A model generated the notes under the pieces. That model saw only the letters and a list, made by a program, of their open reading frames with translations, was not told where the DNA came from and ran no database searches. DNA of 63,781 nt, filler included, from Phoronis australis (lineage: Eukaryota; Animalia; Phoronida), in NCBI GenBank assembly GCA_002633005.1. It is 5 parts of 5 records of this genome, joined end to end, with 100 filler letters (N's around TTAATTAATTAA, not from the genome) between each part and the next. Parts side by side here need not be neighbours in the genome. Positions count along the whole stretch, not along the records: positions 1 to 21,666 come from NMRA01000622.1; positions 21,767 to 43,224 come from NMRA01000013.1; 3 more parts are not named here. The stretch is one strand, 5' to 3'. The position numbers and the translations under genes were made by a program. Shown here one piece after another: positions 13,976-25,100 of the stretch (positions within the stretch are counted from its first letter, which is position 1; each line of letters starts with the position of its first letter).

Positions 13976-14134
13976 CAGTGGCGGATTTAAGGGGGACCAA
14001 GGGGGCCATGGCCCCCTGAATTTCTCCCATATTCCATTTGACACTTTGGAGGTGCGAATTCTGACGGGCAAAATCCTGGCTTTTACTCTGCCCTGCCACC
14101 GGCCCCCCAACTCAGAATCCTGGATCCGCCCCTG
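13976..14134. mobile_element. Short hAT-type MITE
   Basis: TIRs CAGTGGCGGAT ... ATCCGCCCCTG with an internal GGGGGCCATGGCCCCC palindrome. Confidence 0.7.
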
Positions 14135-14502
14135 AAGGGGGTCCTCGGGTGTGGGGGTCAAAGGGCTTTTAAAACTTTGCCTAAATAACGTTTGTACTGC
14201 CGATTAAAATTTTCAGTCAGTATATGTATTCCGCGTATCGCCCTCGACCTTCGTCTCGGTGCGCGGTCGATACGCGGAATAATGTCTCGTGGCCAGGGAT
14301 AATATTTCATGTACGCCACTCTCGATACGTTTTGATTATATACACGTCGATTTTTTCGGCAAAAAGTTCGTTTTTACGGTTCATGTGAGAAAACGAATCC
14401 TACACTCGTATTCAGATTTATGACATGGGTAAAACCTCTCGGAAATTTCCAAGAGGTTTTGCCCATGTTATAAATCTGATACTCGTGTAGGATCTTTTAT
14501 AA

Positions 14503-14834
14503 TATCTGTTGTTGGAGACATCGTCAGTGCCCAAAGGGCTTCATTGTCACCCAATCATGTTGATGCGCTAATTTTTCTGAGAAAGAACTTGGAGTAAAGT
14601 AATTTGTTGTTGAGAACCAGTTACATTGTTACTATTTCAAAAGGAACTTAAAATAAGTATTTTGTTGTTAAGAGATAATTAGGACGTTGTTAAAATATAC
14701 TGTTGCTGTTTCAAAACAAAATACGTAATTTTGTATCCTTAACTTTGATTTGCACAGCGAACCGAAATTTACCGAACCGAAGACCTGCATAATGAACCGT
14801 ACCGAATAGAATTTTTTGTACTGTCTGACCCCTG
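14503..14834 (+). mobile_element. 3' end of a hAT transposon (dimerisation-domain tail, subterminal repeats, terminus)
   Basis: Translates SVVGDIVSAQRASLSPNHVDALIFLRKNLE*, the ZBED1/hAT C-terminal dimerisation signature; followed by ACCGAA/ACCGTA repeats and a ..ACCCCTG end. Confidence 0.75.
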
Positions 14835-15114
14835 TACTATAAACCTCCAATTACAGGAAACAAAGTTAAGTATTGACGGTGTAGGTGAGATTATCAGCCA
14901 TATACTTGTAGCTTTAGGGACCAAACGTGTTTTAAATGTCATAAACGCAGTCCTACCAACAAGCGTTGCCAGGCGCTGCAGCTAAACTACAAAAAACCGG
15001 ATGATTCGGGTAATAGAGGTAAACACGACAGCAACTGTATGGTTTCGCCATGTCTCCTTCCTATGGAAGCTACACCAATTTCGGGGTGGGTGGTGTCAAT
15101 ATTGACTGACTCTG

Positions 15115-15808
15115 CAGTGGCGGATCTAGGATATCACAAGGGGGGGGGGCAACATTTCGTCCGGCCGTAAGCTTTTGCGCAAACCATGACTGTAGATGCG
15201 TATAGCACCGAATGCGGGGAGGTCGGGAGGGGGGTTTGCCCCCTCCCGCCCAGGGAAATTTTCTGTTTTTTCCTCTTAAAATCAAGCATTTTCCTTAATT
15301 CCTGAAGTATTATCCAAGAAAAAAAGGCAAAAAAAAAACACGGAGAACGTGTCACACAGGAAAAACTGTAAATACCACAGACTCGAACTCACGACCTGGC
15401 GGATAGAGCGCGCATGCTTTACCACTACACCACTACGATTAAACTACTTAATGTATCCAAAGACACCTACTTGTTTATGGTCCACAGCGTTTGCGCGCGA
15501 AACCAACGTCTTTTTGTTATGCTTATTACACGTTTTATATTTTGTGCAATCGGTTCTTAACAAATTTGTTGTATTTAAAATAGTCCTCAAATGCCCAAAA
15601 GACCAAATCCGTTTTTCGTGTTGGCAATAATGACGGGATTGCTTTGAAAATCGTCATAAGTTAAGGTTTGACAAAGAGAGAATTGTGAGTTTCTGAGTGA
15701 TTCACTAAGGCTTCGATTAAAATTCACATCTTACTAGCAGCTTCTGTTTTTTCATCGTCACTCAGGTTCCATTTTCTTTAAAAAATGAAGTAAATTTTCT
15801 TCATTGCA
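15115..15808 (-). mobile_element. Dispersed repeat family A, copy 1 (inverted relative to copy 2)
   Basis: Reverse complement aligns along its length to 16138..16830; terminus CAGTGGCGGATCTAGG; internal tRNA-like segment. Confidence 0.85.
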
Positions 15809-15999
15809 TTTTAATTACCGGGGTTAATTAATAAAATTAATAAACTCAACATTTCCCTACGCTCTTGCTGTTTTATTTTTTGCCACAGCCAAGGGGGGGG
15901 GCCCTGGCCCCCCCTAAATCCGCCTATGTTTTGGTACAAAACATAAGTTATCATTAAATATGGTAATTGTGATCGGCTAACGCGCGAAAAAGTCGTGTG

Positions 16000-16830
16000 T
16001 CCAATTTCAAGTGTCAAATTCGGAACACGGCGCGTTCGTAACGGAACTATGGCTAAGTATAGAATCTCCCGCGATATCCTAGGCGACGGGCAGCGGCGCT
16101 GTGCACTACGATTCCGTTTCCGTCGTCTGCTCCACTGTGCAATGAAGAAATTTTACTTCACTTTTTAAAGAAAATGGAACCTGAGTGACGATGAAAAAAC
16201 AGAAGCTGCTGGTAAGATGTGAATTTTAATCGAAGCCTTAGTGAATCACTTAGAAACTCGCAATACTCTCTTTGTCAAACTTTATCTTAAGACGGTTTCC
16301 AAAGCAATCCCTTCATTATTGCCAACACGAAAAATGGATTTGGTCTTTTGGACATTTGAAGACTATTTCAAATACGACAAATTTGTTAAGAATTGATGGC
16401 ACAAAATATAAAACGTGTAATAAGCATTACAAAAAGAAGTAGGTTTCGCGCGCAAACGCTGTGGCCCATAAACAAGTAAGTCTTTTAGTATAAAAGTTCA
16501 AATCGTGGTGGTGTAGTGGTAACGTACATGTACGCGCGATCTGTCCGCCAGGTCGTGAGTTCGAGTCTTTGATACTTGCATTTTTTTCCTGTTTGACACG
16601 TTCTCCGTGTTTTTTTTTTGCCTTTTTTTCTTGGATAATACTTCAGGAATCAAGGAAAATGCTTGATTTTTAGAGGTAAAAACAGAAAAATTTCCTGGGC
16701 GGGAGGGGGGTTTGCCCCCCTCCCCCCATTCGGTGCTATGCGCATCTACATTCGTGGTTCAGTTTGCGCAAATGCTTCCAACCGGACAAAATGTTGGGCC
16801 CCCCCCTGTGATATCCTAGATCCGCCACTG
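16000..16830 (+). mobile_element. Dispersed repeat family A, copy 2
   Basis: Starts TCCAATTTCAAGTGTCAAATTCGG and ends CCTAGATCCGCCACTG, same boundaries as the copy at 42367..43217; Pol III A/B-box-like segment near 16502..16572. Confidence 0.85.
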
Positions 16831-17199
16831 CTTCAAGCAACTGACTGTCACAAATGGGAGGGAAACCACAACGTTTTTCTTTCGCGCGTACAAAATCGTG
16901 AATTTTGTGATTTCTTCTGACAATTTCCTGACAGTGGAAAGTTAATTAATATGTACTAGACGTTGCGAGATGGTACTGTCGTCAGGAATTGTTTAAAAGA
17001 TATTTTTAGCAGCATTTGCGTTCCATGCTTCTTAAGCAGCACGTTGACAAATCGGTACAACCAGTGGCGCAACTGGTGCACAAAGTTTCTTTTGCTTTGG
17101 GAAGCAAGCTTCATTGAGTAGATGCAAAATTGGAGGAGCTGTTAGGAGCAGGCATTATTGAGAGTGTAGTGGGAAACCGACTAACTAGTTATCGCCGTT

Positions 17200-17900
17200 A
17201 GTAGAAGTGTCTAATGATGCAGAGGTTCAGTCGAGTTTGCGTGGACATGCGCAGGACGAATGTGGCGATAATTCGTGAAAGGTTGAACTCCGGGATTTGT
17301 TAAATTCCCGAAAGGCACCAAAAATTATCCAGGATACACGTATTTCAGGGCTGCACCGGAGTTCACAACATTGTGGATGATATTCTAGTTAGCGATAAAA
17401 TTGTCGCAGAACTCCAACATTACAATGTACAGTGTACTGTAGCTTGATTGGAGTCTTAGACTGTGTGAGCGTGATCTCAAACTTAATTCAAAGAAATGCC
17501 AGTTTCGTTTGCCGGCATAAACTTTTTCCGTTATGATTGAACCGGGATTAAATAGATCTAATAGTAAAATCGAGGCAGTCACAAATGCTAGACGTCCTGG
17601 GTGCATGAGTGAGGTCAGGTCGTTTCTTGGTACTGGCACAATTCTGTGCTAGATTCTTGCCTGATTATTCAGCAATTCTGCAGTCTCAGAGCCTCTTCGT
17701 CGACTTACATGTACGTGGAAAGGTCAAAAGTTCACTGTTGGGAGAACCTCAGGAAGTCGCTTTGCAAGGAAGTGATCACTTTGTCGGAGACGTTGGCCCA
17801 TTTTAGCCCAGATTGTCCCAAACGCCTCGTAGCAGATGCGGGTACGAAAGGCGTGGAAGCGGTTTTGACCGAGTTGCAGGACAGTTCTATACTGGCAGCC
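17200..17900 (+). mobile_element. Degenerate Gypsy/Ty3 pol fragment (RT end and RNase H start)
   Basis: Frameshifted pieces EVRSFLG / LAQFCARFLPDYSAI / TLAHFSPDCPKRLVADAGTKGVEAVLT match the Gypsy RT-RNase H junction. Confidence 0.8.
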
Positions 17901-18029
17901 CTGAGCACTTATCATAGATGAACGAGGTACCAGTATCTGACTACCGGATCACCCTTGTATATGTGCCGAAATGATTGTCTGCCTATGTTTGCACTAGTTT
18001 GGGTGTGGCTCCTGGGGACCTTTCAAAGT

Positions 18030-18610
18030 GACCAAAAATGAGCTAGATTAGTAATTCGAGGTACCGGCCAAATTGATTTAAGACGAACAGTCGTGCAGCA
18101 CTGAACACCGAATGACCTGTGACGGACGAATTGCACTCTGGAATGGGTCCGCTAGGAACCCAAAAATGTATCCCTAAAATGAGCTAGCTCATAATTTCGA
18201 GGTACCTCAAAAAACAATTTCATATGATTCACCACAAGCCACTGACCACTAATTTTCATAAGATAGACAAAATACACTGTTTTTTTTACCGTCAGAAATC
18301 ACCAAAAATCCCCAAAACAGCATGGCACTCAAAAATTGAACAAGATTAGATATTCGAGGTAACGGTCAAAACTAATTTAAAACGAACAATCATTCCACGC
18401 TGAACACTGAATGACCCATGGCAGACACATTGTACTCTAGAAAAAGTCCGCCAGAAACTGAAAAAGGGCTTCCCAAAATGAGCTAGCTCATAGATTTAAA
18501 GTATCACAAAACAATTCCATACGATTCAATACATGCTTTTGACCACTAAATTTCCTATGACAGACAAAATACAGCCTGAGTGGTGACCGCCAGAAAACCC
18601 GAAAAGGACT
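18030..18610. repeat. Diverged tandem repeat, ~300-bp unit built from two related ~150-bp subunits
   Basis: AAAATGAGCTAG..TTCGAGGTA-like motif recurs near 18035, 18176, 18333 and 18475; subunits 1/3 and 2/4 match best. Confidence 0.75.
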
Positions 18611-19500
18611 ACGGTATGATGTCATTGGAATTTTGAGCTGTCCAAAAATGAGCCGCTTTTTAACAAGTATAATTTCTCAGCGATGGATAAACCGACTTTT
18701 TTAAAAATTTGTTATAGGGAAATCTTGAGATATTAACAACAAATGTTCTAAATATCTAAGACATTTTTGTCCATTTGTGCAAGTACTTTCAAATTGAAAA
18801 CACCAAGTCAAAAAATTAAACACCAAATTGAAGCTCGCATATTTTCTGTGCCTATTCTGGCCTCTATCTTCCTCCCCGACTAAACGGAGCAGTTTCTTCT
18901 AACCAGAAATGCGTTTCCGTATTTCTTCCGTCGAGATTTCCTCCCATGACATAATTATCCCGTATTTTAACTCCTGCTCAATCAATTTGTCTCTCCTTCA
19001 GAGAGTTCCATATGGCATAGTCTGTTGAATTGAAGTCACGACTGAGCGTCCTTTTTAATGCTGAAACATGCAATTGTTCCCAAGATAAAGTCCCCTGCAA
19101 TCCGAGAGAAGATTTTCTTCCAATAAATACATGTAGCGTTGACTTAACTATCAGTGTCAATAAAATAGAGAGTTGTTTTTCCTTCCCAGGATACTCCAGC
19201 GGAAATCAGTATTTTTTGAAACATTTGGAAAGTCTAATGATAGAGTCGAGAAGGCCAAATTTCTCGTTTTAGTTTCCCGTTATCACGAGCGTTTTGGCAA
19301 TTTCTAGCGTAAAGACTTTTTCATCAGTGAAAATGATTCCTTTCTCATCAGTGGCTGAATAGCGGCCATGCAGGTATCGGCATCGAATTTTCTTTTCCTT
19401 CAAACACTTATATCTCTCCGTGATACCCACATTCTTTTGAAGGCTTACTTTGGATATTTTCAGTCCAATGTATTCCAAATCAAAATGTTTCCCGAACGAT
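18609..19500 (-). mobile_element. Degenerate Tc1/mariner transposon
   Basis: IIFTDEKVFTLE (first catalytic Asp motif) and SRDFNSTDYAIW (SPDLNPxDYxIW derivative) in broken frames; TA-CGGT.. terminus-like sequence near 18609. Confidence 0.8.
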
Positions 19501-19879
19501 TGCAGGGATAAATTTAGAAAAACATACCCATGGCCATGGGTCAATCTGACCGGTGACACGGCCACAGTCACAGCCACTGGGCCTCAAATCTATCTATGAC
19601 TATGACTATGAGTCAAGTTAGAGAATCTGTGGGTCTCGGTGAAAAAGTCGACATAATTTTGATGTGCAAGTTGGCCCAGGTTAAGCAACACCAGTGCGTC
19701 AATGAAATCTCAATTCTATGCGTCAATAATGCGGGGCGCGCCCTAAAAGTATATCCCTGAATCGACATTTGAGTCCTAGTTTTTAATTGACACGAAGCCG
19801 GTTTTGTCTCGATCACAGGCACAGTACGACAGGACTATTGTAGTGTAGTGTCTTCTATGAGCTTGGTATGAGGTTTGTT

Positions 19880-20092
19880 CCTGAGACTCTCGCTGATTTC
19901 TGTTTGAGGTACAAGCGCTGGGAGCTGAACCTTACGAATAGAGGTGCAGCCTACTTGTCCAAGAACTGCAAGTTATGCTCTCGTCACTTCGAGGAGTTCA
20001 TGTTCATGAATGCTCGAAGGAAGAGCAAGCTGGTATGGAATGCAGTGCCAGCAATATTTGATGTCCCGAAACCACCAAAAATGAAGATATAA
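19880..20092 (+). pseudogene. THAP-domain fragment (transposon relic)
   Basis: RYKRWELNL..KLCSRHFEEFMF..KLVWNAVPAIF contains the THAP W, CxxHF and AVPxIF signatures; the N-terminal C-x4-C is not intact and the ORF stops right after. Confidence 0.75.
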
Positions 20093-20960
20093 TAATTCTC
20101 AGGGAAATTATATATATTACGGCCCTGGGATAGACTTATTTGCATGTTTGATTATCGTCTCACAAAGAAGGTATTTACTGGGACATCACGTGTGCAAAGG
20201 ACAATTGGTCAAAACCTATTTTTGAAATTTTTATTAGGTTTGATCCGATTGAAACATTTTATGAATGTTTTGCCTGTGATTTGGAGAAAGCCAAAGTGAA
20301 ACTGACATATCTTTCAGAGTCTGAATGAAGGGCTGAAATTTTGATAAACCTAAGCTATCAGATTCAGTTTGGTTGTTGATGACAAACACCTCTGTGAGTA
20401 AAATAGTTTTCAGTTGTATTTATAACGAAAAGCGCTGTTGTTTACTAGTGAATAAATAGGGAGTGAGAAAGGTGGTCAGATTTTCTTGTGTTGGTCTATG
20501 TGTTGCCTATTTTGTACGTTTTTGGAGATTATGATTAATTTAAGTCCCAGTTTTGGCTAGGTAACAGAAATGATCTCGTGGTCAGGCCGTAACTTACTTA
20601 AATAGATCAGAGGAACAGAGGGTATATGAAATCAAATTTTGGTCTAGTAATCCAAGTATTTTTAGTTCAGTTTTGTATGAAGTTGTGTGGGTAGTGAATA
20701 TTTTGATTACTGCTCAGTACCTCTTAAAATATGTTGTCATGTCACTTTGAACTTTGACTATAGTTATGAGTGATGCTACACTCAATATATTACTTTTTGT
20801 AAGATGTCAGCTATTCTACAGATAAGCAACCGACTTGTAACTATTGGTGATTATAGTGGGGGAGTGAGGAGTTGACCCTGTACTGGCATGCCACTAAGGA
20901 ATGATGGAATGTTCTAAAATTATATGTGAGAGTGCATCAGAATGGATTACAATGCTGTGA

Positions 20961-21283
20961 CAGTGGCGGATCTAGGATATCACAAGGGGGGGGCCCAACT
21001 TTTTGTCCGGCTGTAAACATTTGCGCAAACTGAACCACGATTGTTGATGCGCATAGCACCGAAGTGGGGGGAGGTCGGGAGGGGGGTTTGCCCCCCTCCC
21101 GCCCAAGAAATTTTTCTGTTTTTACCTCTAAAAATCAAGCATTTTCCTTGATTCCTGAAGACAAAAGAGGCAAAAAAAAACGGAGAACAGAAACAGCTGC
21201 AAGAACCTAGTAAGATTCGAACTCACGACCTGGAGGATTGGCGGATAGAACGCGCGTGCGTAACCACTACACCACCACGACTT
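20961..21283 (-). mobile_element. Dispersed repeat family A, partial or related copy 3
   Basis: CAGTGGCGGATCTAGGATATCACAAGGGG terminus and the same tRNA-like segment (TTCGAACTCACGACCTGG..ACCACTACACCACCACGA). Confidence 0.8.
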
Positions 21284-21666
21284 AAAGTCCTTGTCTCACG
21301 CGTTGTTAACCCTTATTACATGGTTAGAAGATGTTATAAGGATCCAAGAAGTACCTACCCCATAACTAATACACGATCCGTACTCGAAAACAGTTTAAAT
21401 GAACGCGCCACTCACGATTCGCACCCGAAGAAACACCGCCATTTTGAACTTGCCGCGAAGCCGGAAGTACAATTCATTCAGGAACCCAGGCCGAGAAAAC
21501 GCCGTCAGTGCGACTGGAGCAGTGCCTGTACTGTTACCAGCCAGCAAACGGGGATAAAAAAATCGACAGCGCGCCTTAATTTTGATAAAATCAAACTACG
21601 GACAATTTTATGGAATTTGCTGAAGAAATGTGGCGAATAAATTTTGACAGAAATTATTTTGCTAGA

Positions 21667-21766
21667 NNNNNNNNNNNNNNNNNNNNNNNNNNNNNNNNNN
21701 NNNNNNNNNNTTAATTAATTAANNNNNNNNNNNNNNNNNNNNNNNNNNNNNNNNNNNNNNNNNNNN
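21667..21766. other. Assembly gap with artificial TTAATTAATTAA spacer
   Basis: N44-TTAATTAATTAA-N44, same layout at four places. Confidence 0.97.
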
Positions 21767-21789
21767 AAAAAAAAAAAAAAAAAAAAAAA

Positions 21790-22028
21790 AAAACTTGCTG
21801 TCAGAGCAACATACTTGGCGGAAGAATTCCGCCAAGTAAAAATATAGAAAAATCCAACCAGAAACAGCAGAGCCATGACCACACAACCAAAAAAATTGGA
21901 AAGTGGCCTCCACAGCGTCATCTTGTTTCTAATTGTAACCAAAAACAATATGCTTCGAACCATTCACAAAACACACGTTGTGTGTAAATTTCACGTCCAT
22001 CCAATAAGAACTGCGATCAAAGTGAACA

Positions 22029-22060
<32 letters not shown>
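21790..22060 (+). repeat. Helentron-associated/pearl-like repeat: hairpin, core and (GAAA)n
   Basis: Hairpin ACTTGGCGGAA-gaa-TTCCGCCAAGT (related copy at window positions 1..38), core like 46830..46985, then a (GAAA)n tract. Confidence 0.5.
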
Positions 22061-22197
22061 AACAACTTTATGACAAAGCAATATACTTGGACAAATTTCA
22101 TTTCTGCTTGCAAAAACAATTTTTAGAACAAAACGAGACTTTCAGAATTTCATTTTCACACCAGTGAACTGCTTTTACATCTGATCCAACAATTCCT

Positions 22198-25100
22198 CTA
22201 CTGACCTTTGACCTGATGTCCTCCAATGACCTCATTCAGCACATCAGTGATGTTCTCAGCTTTGGCTGCATCAAGCTGTTTTTGGTACCGTTTGGCCAAC
22301 TCTGCCGTCTCCATGTCCTGAAACAAAGAGGTAAACAGGAGTTTTAGCTCAACCATGCATAGGAATTTTGTGTGATTTTTAAATATTTTCAAAGAGGAGT
22401 AAGGTTGATATGCGACTCTAAATTCGAGGCGTCAAGAACTGTGCCAAAGATGGTCCAGCTATGGAAAATGTCCCTACCAAAGCTTCCGCTAGTCTTGCAG
22501 TATGCCTAGCTGCCAGTTCATCTCGCATCTTTCTCTTGGCATCTGCAGCCACTCGATTTCGCTTCTTCTGAATTTCCTGCTTCTTTTTGTGAAGAGCAGC
22601 TTTTCTTACGGCTGCTTCAATACCTGACGGGAATAGAGTGCAAAAGAAATTACATAATTAAAACCAGGCAGGAAATACTAAAAAATTGGACAAATGACTG
22701 GTGAAATCCACTTGAACTCTTCTCACCGTACTAGTATAAGGTACTAGATAATACAGACATAAAGTGTCACTTTCTGATTATTGAAACTTCTTTACTTGTC
22801 TCAATCATGAAAATGAAAAAATATTCTCAAGCAGAGATTTAAATGCACTTTGAGTCAGAGTGCAAAATATATAAGAACATGTGGAACTACAATGGCACGA
22901 AATCAAGGCTAGAAAAGTGGTCCACAGATATTGCAGCATTGCAAGTAAATAAGGATTCGAATGTCGCTGTGTAATCTGAGACAGCCCTACTGCCACTGCT
23001 TGTAAAGGGGGATGCAGACAATAACCAACTATGCTATTTCTTGGTCATATCTTACCTGTCAACTCATCTCGTGATGACCAGACATTAGCTTTCTTAAGGC
23101 CACCAGTTTTATCCCTCTTTTTTAAATTTTCAATATTCGAAGTTTTCTGATTTCCATTGCTTCCAGATTTCATCGTTTGACAGATCAACTGCTGAGAGGA
23201 CTTTGTTTTCTTAGTCCCCACGTGAGATTTCGACTCATTCAACCTTTTCCCATTATCACGCGACATCACTTTTCTGCAATCAATTTTGTCAGACGGCTTG
23301 GCACACGCTCTTGGTGTGATTTTGCCTTTCACTCGGGCCGTCAAAATCTGCATATTAAGATCCTCCCCGCGTAGTTCTGAGATTGCAAACAGAAGCTTGC
23401 TTATCGAACCAACTGCAGTCACTCCCATACTCTTAAGCTGTTCTTCAGACAAAAGCTTGACAGTTTCTAAATCCAGCTCGTGGTCAGCAAACATCTTGAT
23501 GTACTTCTCGACATTACCTAGGTGTAATGTTCGTAGCCACGCCGCAACCTCTGGGTCGCCGTGGCTACAACCTTTGCCTTCTGACCTCTGCCACAAAGGA
23601 GGCACAGCTATACTCCCCGGTGATATATTCTCCTCTGCCTGTTCTGCCTGCTCAACAACACACATCTTTTCCCTGGAAATGCCAACAGCAGGAATGTCCT
23701 CCCCACATTCCATACCACCAGAAACAAAACTATCCTGTCCCATAATGGCAAGTGAATCTCCTGCATGACCACGCCCTTGTAGGCCAACTGTACCACCTGC
23801 ATTCGGCTGTTTATCCAAGCCAATCTCTTTGGCCAACTTTTCAAAGATTCTTTTCTTCTTAGAAGCAACACGCTCAGTTTCAGAAGTCAGTGTTGATCCC
23901 TTGTTCCACGGATGGCAACTATTCGTTTTGTCATATTTTGCGGAAACCTTCCACTTTTTAGTACCACTGAAGTGTTGTAATGTTGGATCTGAAAATTAAG
24001 AACAAAAAGTTAACTTTAATAATATACAACTCAGATAAGACATTACTGTGATCACTTTCTAGACAGTTCAGAAGGTGCTTCATGACAATCTATATGCGGC
24101 AAACAAAAAACATTGTTCTAACAAAATTTATTTAATGGTCAATCTAAAACTTTTCGATAAGTGACAAGATATTGCCAATGCTCATCCTAGTACATATTTT
24201 TTTCAAAAAAAAAAAAATAACCAAGTTTACTAATCAATATACACATAAGCATGTATCTTTTACTTTCATTTTTAAGTACAGAATTTAATAAAACAACAAA
24301 TACACATCAGTCATCCCTATTTCTGATTTTAGTTTGTGAGCGAGGTACACAAAAACTGTCAGGACGGCAAGACTTTGCTTAACAAAGTATACGGTCCTGT
24401 GTATGTCATAATATTCATCTGATAATATTCAAATATTGATCAATAGAATGATTTGCTATTTTGCCTCAGACATACACCGAAAATCTGGATGCCAGTGCTC
24501 TAACAAGAAACACAATTCAAACACAACAACCTGAATTACAAATTTTTATTACAACTTCATAAACTAAACTAGCCTGTTATTCCACAAGATTGCTAACATG
24601 GCGAAATCTAACCAATTTCCGACAAAAGTAACAGTCAAAAGTAGGCCTGCCCTTTCTTCATTTTCAAGGTCATCTAGCATTGTTGCAAATGCACAAAATT
24701 TTTCAAAGTATTTTCTGATGATGGTAATGGTACAGAACTTATTTCATGCTTCATACTTTTGACGAAAAAATGAGAAAATTTCACTTGTCTGCCATATCGT
24801 GTCCTGAATTGGTGAGATTTTACCGTAGTCATATTATACCGCACTTGCTTATTATACCTGATCACAAATCAGAAGAACCTTCCTTTTCGAAAAAATGCAA
24901 ATCAATTCATGATCAACAACTCACCATGGGTGCTGCCTCCTGGCGACAGTTGTTTTACTGAGTTGTACCCCAACAGTTTACCAGTCGCCCCATGTTCCCA
25001 GTGTGAACCACCAATTTCCTGCCTGAAACAAATAATCTAAGATCTCATTTCAAGCAACTTCAAAGTTACAATCAAAAGCAAGAAATGTGTGAATAGATCA

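Noticed and set aside
16495-16580. Functional tRNA gene (also 38188..38265 and 51805..51870)
   Set aside because: A/B boxes only; no consistent acceptor or anticodon stems, and embedded in repeats.
21667-21766. TTAATTAATTAA palindrome recurring four times
   Set aside because: Always centred in N runs; an artificial six-frame-stop scaffold spacer.
23286-23768. 160-aa plus-strand ORF
   Set aside because: Antisense shadow of the large SAM exon.
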